From Acidimicrobiales bacterium (GTDB taxonomy: Bacteria > Actinomycetota > Acidimicrobiia > Acidimicrobiales > DASSOZ01), in NCBI GenBank assembly GCA_035700105.1, contig DASSOZ010000029.1, positions 13,605-77,604 of the forward strand: a stretch of DNA of 64,000 nt, given 5' to 3'. Each line of letters starts with the position of its first letter. Position 1 is the first letter of the stretch. Positions 59,435 through 64,000 of the stretch are shown in pieces. The notes under the pieces were generated by a model, which was not told the DNA's origin, made no database searches, and saw only the letters and a program-made list of their open reading frames with translations. Both the position numbers and the translations under genes were made by a program.

Positions 59435-61161
59435 GCCGAGCCGGCGAGCGCCGCAGCTGCCCGCAACGCCAGCGCGACCAACGTCAGCGTCGGCCCGTAG
59501 CCGGCGCTGGTCACGAACACCGACGAGTCGGCGACGACGAGGTTCGGCACGGACCACACGCGCTGCAGCGGGTCCACGACCGACGTCGACGGGTCCGACC
59601 CCATGCGCGCCGTCCCCATCACGTGCTTGCTCACCGGCCACGCCGAGATGTCGCCGGGCGCGGTCGCGGTGACGGTCCATTCCGCGCCCGCCTCGCGCAG
59701 CGCCCGGTCCAGCAACACCGAGTGGTGCGCGGACGCGGCCTGCTCGTGGACGTGCGGCGAGTACGTCACCCGCGCCACCGGTACACCGCGGATGTCACGC
59801 ACCGACGGCGAGAGGTCGATGCGGTTCGACGTCTGTGGCAGGTCCTCGCCCTGCATGCAGAACCCCCACATCCGCTCGCGCATCGCCGAGTCGCGCATCG
59901 CCGCCACGTGCGCGGCGCCCCACGGGTAGAGCTTCGCCTCCTGGATCGGGTGCGCCGGGCCGGCGTGCTCGACCATGCCGCCGCGCAGCCACGGCAATCC
60001 CGCCGACTTCGCCGCCGCCCGGGCGTCGGCGTCGACCACCACGTGGTCGTCGTGGACGTGGGTCACCGCCCGCCCGCGGTGGGCGTGCAGTCGCTGCGCC
60101 AGCGAGCCCATCACGAACGTCTGGAAGTGGCACATCAGGTGCCGCCCGATCAGCGGGTGATCGAGTCCGCTCAGCAGCAGCAGGCGCGGAGTCTCCATCG
60201 CGCCGCCCGCGACGACGACGGCGCGAGTGGCGCCCTCGAACCGCACGACGCCGTCGAAGGACTGCCACTCGACACCGACGGCGACCCCGTCACGCACCAC
60301 GACCCGGGACACGAACGAGTCCGGGCGCAGTTCGCACCGCCCTGTCAGGAGTGACCGTTGCAGCATCGCCACCGGGTCGCCCTTGGCGTGCACCGGGCAC
60401 CCGTAGAACGCGCAGAACCCGCAGTTGATGCACGCGGGCCGCCCGCCGTACGGCATCGAGTTCGCTGCGGTCGGCGCCGCGTAGGGATGCAGCCCGACCC
60501 GCTCGCACGCCGACGCGGTGATCGTCGACGCGTACATCGGCGGGCCCGGTGGCATCGGGTAGGGGCCCGACCGCCACGATGCGAACGGGTTGGCGGCGGC
60601 GTCGCCGGCCACGCCCACGCCGATCTCCGCCGCGGTGTACCACGGCTCCAGCTCGTCGTAGCTCACCGGCCAGTCGTCGACCGACGCGCCGTCGATCGGC
60701 CCCAACAGCGACCGCAGCCGGAAGTCGTCCTCGCGAAATCGCGGGACCTTCCCGTCGGCGTGCACGCCCCCGCCGCCCACCGTGGCCGGCAGGTCGTTGA
60801 CCTCACCCACGTGCTCGTGGTCGACGTCACCGTCGGCCGACCGCCGGAACGTGCGCGGCTCGACGAGCGGATCGGGCCCGAGGAAGTGGCGCTCGGTGAA
60901 CTTCAGCTCGTCGTTGGTGAAGTGGTCGAGGAGCCGGTGCGGGTCGTCGAGGTCGATCAGGTGGTTACGGCCCCGTTCGAAGATGCACACCGACCACCCC
61001 GCCGCGGTCAACACGTCCGCGGCGGCCGCGCCGCCGGGCCCCGACCCGACGACGATGGCGTCGAAGTCGTGCGTCCCGCCGGCACCGGTCAGGGGAGCGC
61101 CACCTCGTCGTCCGAGTAGCCACGGGGAGCGACGTCGCCCTCGAACCCGATCGTCCGCCAC
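59431..61161 (-). CDS. GMC-family FAD-dependent oxidoreductase
   Basis: FAD motif DFDAIVVGSGPGGAAAA, and C-terminal-domain H in the VSKHVMGTARMG context. GTG 61161 would overlap the upstream gene by 73 nt, so the start is uncertain. Confidence 0.85.
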   Translation of the reverse strand: MADDRVRGRRRSPWLLGRRGGAPLTGAGGTHDFDAIVVGSGPGGAAAADVLTAAGWSVCIFERGRNHLIDLDDPHRLLDHFTNDELKFTERHFLGPDPLVEPRTFRRSADGDVDHEHVGEVNDLPATVGGGGVHADGKVPRFREDDFRLRSLLGPIDGASVDDWPVSYDELEPWYTAAEIGVGVAGDAAANPFASWRSGPYPMPPGPPMYASTITASACERVGLHPYAAPTAANSMPYGGRPACINCGFCAFYGCPVHAKGDPVAMLQRSLLTGRCELRPDSFVSRVVVRDGVAVGVEWQSFDGVVRFEGATRAVVVAGGAMETPRLLLLSGLDHPLIGRHLMCHFQTFVMGSLAQRLHAHRGRAVTHVHDDHVVVDADARAAAKSAGLPWLRGGMVEHAGPAHPIQEAKLYPWGAAHVAAMRDSAMRERMWGFCMQGEDLPQTSNRIDLSPSVRDIRGVPVARVTYSPHVHEQAASAHHSVLLDRALREAGAEWTVTATAPGDISAWPVSKHVMGTARMGSDPSTSVVDPLQRVWSVPNLVVADSSVFVTSAGYGPTLTLVALALRAAAALAGSA

Positions 61162-61556
61162 CCGACGAGATCCCGGTTGCCGCCGTACGCGGGCGCGCCG
61201 TACATCCCCTCGCAGGCGTGCTCGTACAGCAGCGACGTCAGCGCCGGTTGCGCCCGCAACCGCGCGTCCTGCTCGTCATCCGACGCCGCCGCGAAGTCGT
61301 CGCCCAGCAGCGGCAGCTCGGCGTCGTACCGCGCCTGCCAGTCACCGATGCGCCGCCGCCACGCGACCTCCTCGAACGGCGACAGCTCGTGGAAGGCCGA
61401 CCCTCGCGGCGTGACCGCCCACACGCGTGGGGGCGACACGTCGAACGCCCCCAGGAGTCCCTCGATGTAGTCGACGACGCCGGCCGCGACCGACCCGGGG
61501 ATGAGCCGCCCGCACGCAGCGGTCACGATCGAGCGGTGCAGCGGGGACAGGCTCAC
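61089..61556 (-). CDS. gluconate 2-dehydrogenase subunit-3-like small subunit
   Basis: 155 aa. LIPGSVAAGVVDYIEGLL and YGAPAYGGNRDLVGW are typical of this small-subunit family that pairs with GMC dehydrogenases. GTGA overlap with the upstream SDR stop. Confidence 0.65.
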   Translation of the reverse strand: MSLSPLHRSIVTAACGRLIPGSVAAGVVDYIEGLLGAFDVSPPRVWAVTPRGSAFHELSPFEEVAWRRRIGDWQARYDAELPLLGDDFAAASDDEQDARLRAQPALTSLLYEHACEGMYGAPAYGGNRDLVGWRTIGFEGDVAPRGYSDDEVALP

Positions 61557-62344
61557 CGGTGGCTCTTCGGCACCGCGAACCGACCGGCGACGTCCATCGC
61601 CTCCCGCACGCCGACGAGTGACGCCAGCCGGGCGACGCCGAGCACGCGGGGCACGGCCGCGACACGCGGCCACGGCGAGGTCAGGCAGCGCTCGATCTGG
61701 CGCGCCACCGCGCCCGCCGACACCCCGGTCGCGTCGCGCTGCTCGGTCGATCCGGGCGTCGGGTCGAAGCCCTTCGCTCGCGGCGCCCACTCCGTCTTCA
61801 CCGGGCCGGGGTTGATCTGGTGGACCTTCACCCCGCGGTGCCACATCTCGCGGCGGAGCCCCTCGGTGAAGCCGTTCACGGCGAACTTCGTCGACGAGTA
61901 CACCGTGTTGGGCGGGAGGGCCACGTAGCCCGCGACCGATGACACGTTGACGATGTGGCCGCGGCGGCGAGCGAGCATGTCCGGCAGCACGAGGCGGCAC
62001 AGGTCGATCAGTCCGACGACGTTCACGTCGTACAGGTACTCGATGCGCTCGGCGGGCATCTCCTCGAACGAGCCCATCCACCCGAGACCGGCGTTGTTGA
62101 CCAGCGCATCGACACGCCCGTGCACCTGCAAGGTGTGCGCGACCAGTCCGGCCCGGTCCTCGGGTGACGCGACGTCGCAGCGCACGGCGTCGATGCCGTC
62201 CACCTGCTGCAGCCGGTCGACGTCACGGGCAGCGCCGACGACGACGGCACCGTGGTCGCGCAGCCGCGTCGCCGTGTCGCGGCCGATGCCGGCACTGGCG
62301 CCCGTCACGATGACGACCCGGCCCGCCACCTTCGACGACGCCAT
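61553..62344 (-). CDS. short-chain dehydrogenase/reductase (SDR)
   Basis: ATG 62344 is preceded by GGGAGG. Motifs VVIVTGASAGIGR, NNAG and YSSTKFAV. Confidence 0.85.
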   Translation of the reverse strand: MASSKVAGRVVIVTGASAGIGRDTATRLRDHGAVVVGAARDVDRLQQVDGIDAVRCDVASPEDRAGLVAHTLQVHGRVDALVNNAGLGWMGSFEEMPAERIEYLYDVNVVGLIDLCRLVLPDMLARRRGHIVNVSSVAGYVALPPNTVYSSTKFAVNGFTEGLRREMWHRGVKVHQINPGPVKTEWAPRAKGFDPTPGSTEQRDATGVSAGAVARQIERCLTSPWPRVAAVPRVLGVARLASLVGVREAMDVAGRFAVPKSHR

Positions 62345-62352
62345 CGCTGTCA

Positions 62353-63141
62353 CTACCTCCCGCTGAAGTTCGGGTCGCGCTTCTCGCGGAACGCGGCCAT
62401 TCCCTCGACGAGGTCGGCGCTCGCCGTCGCCAGCGACTGGTACGCGCCCTCGAGCTCGAGCGACGTGGTCAGGTCCGTCTCGAACGTGCGGTTCAGCAGT
62501 TGCTTCGACAGGCCGAGGCTGCGCGTCGGGCCGCCGGCCAGGCGCGACGCCAGTGCACGCGCCTCGCCGTCGACGTCGTCGACGCACTTGTACGCCAGTC
62601 CCTCACGGACGGCGTCCTCGCCCGATCGGACGCCATCGCCCAGCAGCACCATCGCCTTCGCGCGTGGCAGGCCGACGAGGCGGGGGAGCAGGTACGCACC
62701 CGCGGCATCGACGACCAGTCCCCACTTCGCGAAGGACCACAGGAACCGCGCCGCCGGGGACACGACCACGACGTCGCACGCCAGCGCGAGGTGCGCACCC
62801 GGGCCGACCGCGGCACCGCCCACCGCGGCGACGGTCGGCTTGTCGAGCTCCCAGAGCTCTCGCACGAGCGTCTGCACACCGATGCGCAGTGCCTCGGCCG
62901 TCGAGCGGGGATCGAAGCCGGGTGTGCCCGCCTTCGTCACCGTCGACTCGCGCAGGTCCATGCCCGCGCAGAACGACGCGCCCTCGGCCCGCAGCAGCAC
63001 GCAGCGCGTGTCGGGGTCTCGCCGCGCCTCGCGCACTTCGCGCACGAGGTCGTCGCGCATCTCGACCGTGAGCGCGTTTCCCGCGTCCGGGCGCTGGAGG
63101 GTGAGGGTCCGGACGCCGTCCGCCAGCTCGCTGAAGATCAC
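62353..63141 (-). CDS. enoyl-CoA hydratase/isomerase (crotonase family)
   Basis: 262 aa with FCAGMDL and AAVGGAAVGPGAHLALACD. The C-terminus carries a EGMAAFREKR motif. Confidence 0.9.
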   Translation of the reverse strand: MIFSELADGVRTLTLQRPDAGNALTVEMRDDLVREVREARRDPDTRCVLLRAEGASFCAGMDLRESTVTKAGTPGFDPRSTAEALRIGVQTLVRELWELDKPTVAAVGGAAVGPGAHLALACDVVVVSPAARFLWSFAKWGLVVDAAGAYLLPRLVGLPRAKAMVLLGDGVRSGEDAVREGLAYKCVDDVDGEARALASRLAGGPTRSLGLSKQLLNRTFETDLTTSLELEGAYQSLATASADLVEGMAAFREKRDPNFSGR

Positions 63142-63211
63142 GGTCGTCCCCCCGGATTCTCGTCACGCCGAACAACGACAGTTGTGGCCGGCCGTGACAA
63201 GAAGCGGAGGT

Positions 63212-64000
63212 TCACGCGTTCCTCGTGAGGATGTTGACGACGCTGACGCCGGAGCCCCGGCCGCCGACGTTGTGCTGGAGCACGTTGCCGTGGCGGATCT
63301 CGACCTGGCGCTCGTCGGCCTGCTCCCGCAGCTGCCACCAGCACTCGGTGAGCTGGGCGACACCGGTGGCGCCGATCGGGTGCCCCTTCGCCAGCAGCCC
63401 GCCCGAGGTGTTGACCGGGATGCGGCCGGTCAACGACGTCTCGCCCTCGAGCGACGCCACGCCGCCCTTGCCCTTGTCGACGAAACCGAGGTCCTCGATG
63501 TCGAGGATCTCGGTGATCGTGAAGCAGTCGTGCACCTCGGCCATGTCGATGTCGGACGGGCCGACGCCGGCCATGTCGTACGCCCGCCGCGCGGCCGCCG
63601 TCGTCGCCGCCAGCCCGACGTACGACGACTTCTCGTGCATCCACGGGTGGTCGGTGGCGACGCCGAACCCGGCGACGTACACGGGCCGGTCGGTGAACTC
63701 GTGTGCACGATCAGCCGGCACGAGCAGGGCGGCCGCGGCGCCGTCGGTCTGCGGGCAGCAGTCGAGCAGGTGCAGCGGGTGGCACACGGGCGGCCCGTCG
63801 AGCACCTGCTCGATCGTCACCTCGCTCTGGAAGTGGGCGTACGGGTCGAGCGCGCCGTTGTGGTGGTTCTTCACCGCGACGCTGGCGAGCATCTCGCGTG
63901 TCGTGCCGAACTCGTGCATGTGGCGGGTGGCGAACGGTGCGAACAGCGCCGGCGCCGATTCGCCGCGCGTGTAGATCGGGTGGCCGCTGGCGGCCCGGCT
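63212..64000 (-). CDS. thiolase-like protein (SCP-x / archaeal-type acetyl-CoA acetyltransferase), 5' end outside window
   Basis: Motifs RHMHEFGTTREMLA, LLDCCPQTDGAAAALL, HDCFT and SGGLLAKGHPIGATG. The reading frame continues to the window edge. Confidence 0.8.
   Translation of the reverse strand, partial: SRAASGHPIYTRGESAPALFAPFATRHMHEFGTTREMLASVAVKNHHNGALDPYAHFQSEVTIEQVLDGPPVCHPLHLLDCCPQTDGAAAALLVPADRAHEFTDRPVYVAGFGVATDHPWMHEKSSYVGLAATTAAARRAYDMAGVGPSDIDMAEVHDCFTITEILDIEDLGFVDKGKGGVASLEGETSLTGRIPVNTSGGLLAKGHPIGATGVAQLTECWWQLREQADERQVEIRHGNVLQHNVGGRGSGVSVVNILTRNA

Noticed and set aside
1-64000. Mobile elements, prophage, genomic-island boundaries, tRNA/rRNA/tmRNA genes
   Set aside because: I saw no integrase, transposase or recombinase motifs in any frame, no long terminal inverted or direct repeats flanking a block, and no cloverleaf-like or rRNA-like sequence. 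A proper tRNAscan-SE/Infernal scan and a compositional-skew calculation would be needed to exclude them formally.

Overview
Very GC-rich, actinobacterial-type chromosomal DNA with strong GC3 codon bias and many Arg/Pro/Ala-rich shadow ORFs on non-coding frames. I support about 59 protein genes. I recognised no rRNA, tRNA, CRISPR array, transposase, integrase or prophage gene. The content is dominated by lipid and fatty-acid catabolism: one acyl-CoA synthetase, six acyl-CoA-dehydrogenase-family genes, three thiolase/Ltp-type genes, four SDRs, a MaoC hydratase, a crotonase, an OYE-type reductase, a P450 and a WS/DGAT. Other content is a hydantoinase B/A cluster, a metal-related block (two-component system, Asp/His-rich secreted protein, CopB-type P-type ATPase), a secreted S8 protease, a LIV-type ABC importer with fused permeases, two tandem orphan substrate-binding lipoproteins, a GldG/ABC-2/DUF4340 exporter-like operon, a YfhO-like membrane protein and a patatin lipase. 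The most interesting signals are non-genic. (1) An 18-bp palindrome yCTGAC-RYNNRY-GTCAGr occurs 11 times, always promoter-proximal and, by my reading, never complete inside a coding region. It looks like the operator of an uncharacterised regulon whose regulator is not in this window. (2) Seven genes show a leaderless arrangement of TAnnnT, then 7-9 nt, then the start codon. (3) Two families of long, near-identical palindromic hairpin repeats each occur twice, at gene 3' ends. (4) A 16-bp perfect stem holds the Shine-Dalgarno and start codon of one gene in its loop. Protein-level oddities include an HTH-less cyclase-STAND-TPR protein translationally coupled to a P450, and an unclassified surface protein paired with an Ada-like Zn-motif membrane protein. 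All functional calls come from motif reading of the supplied translations. No database search was possible.
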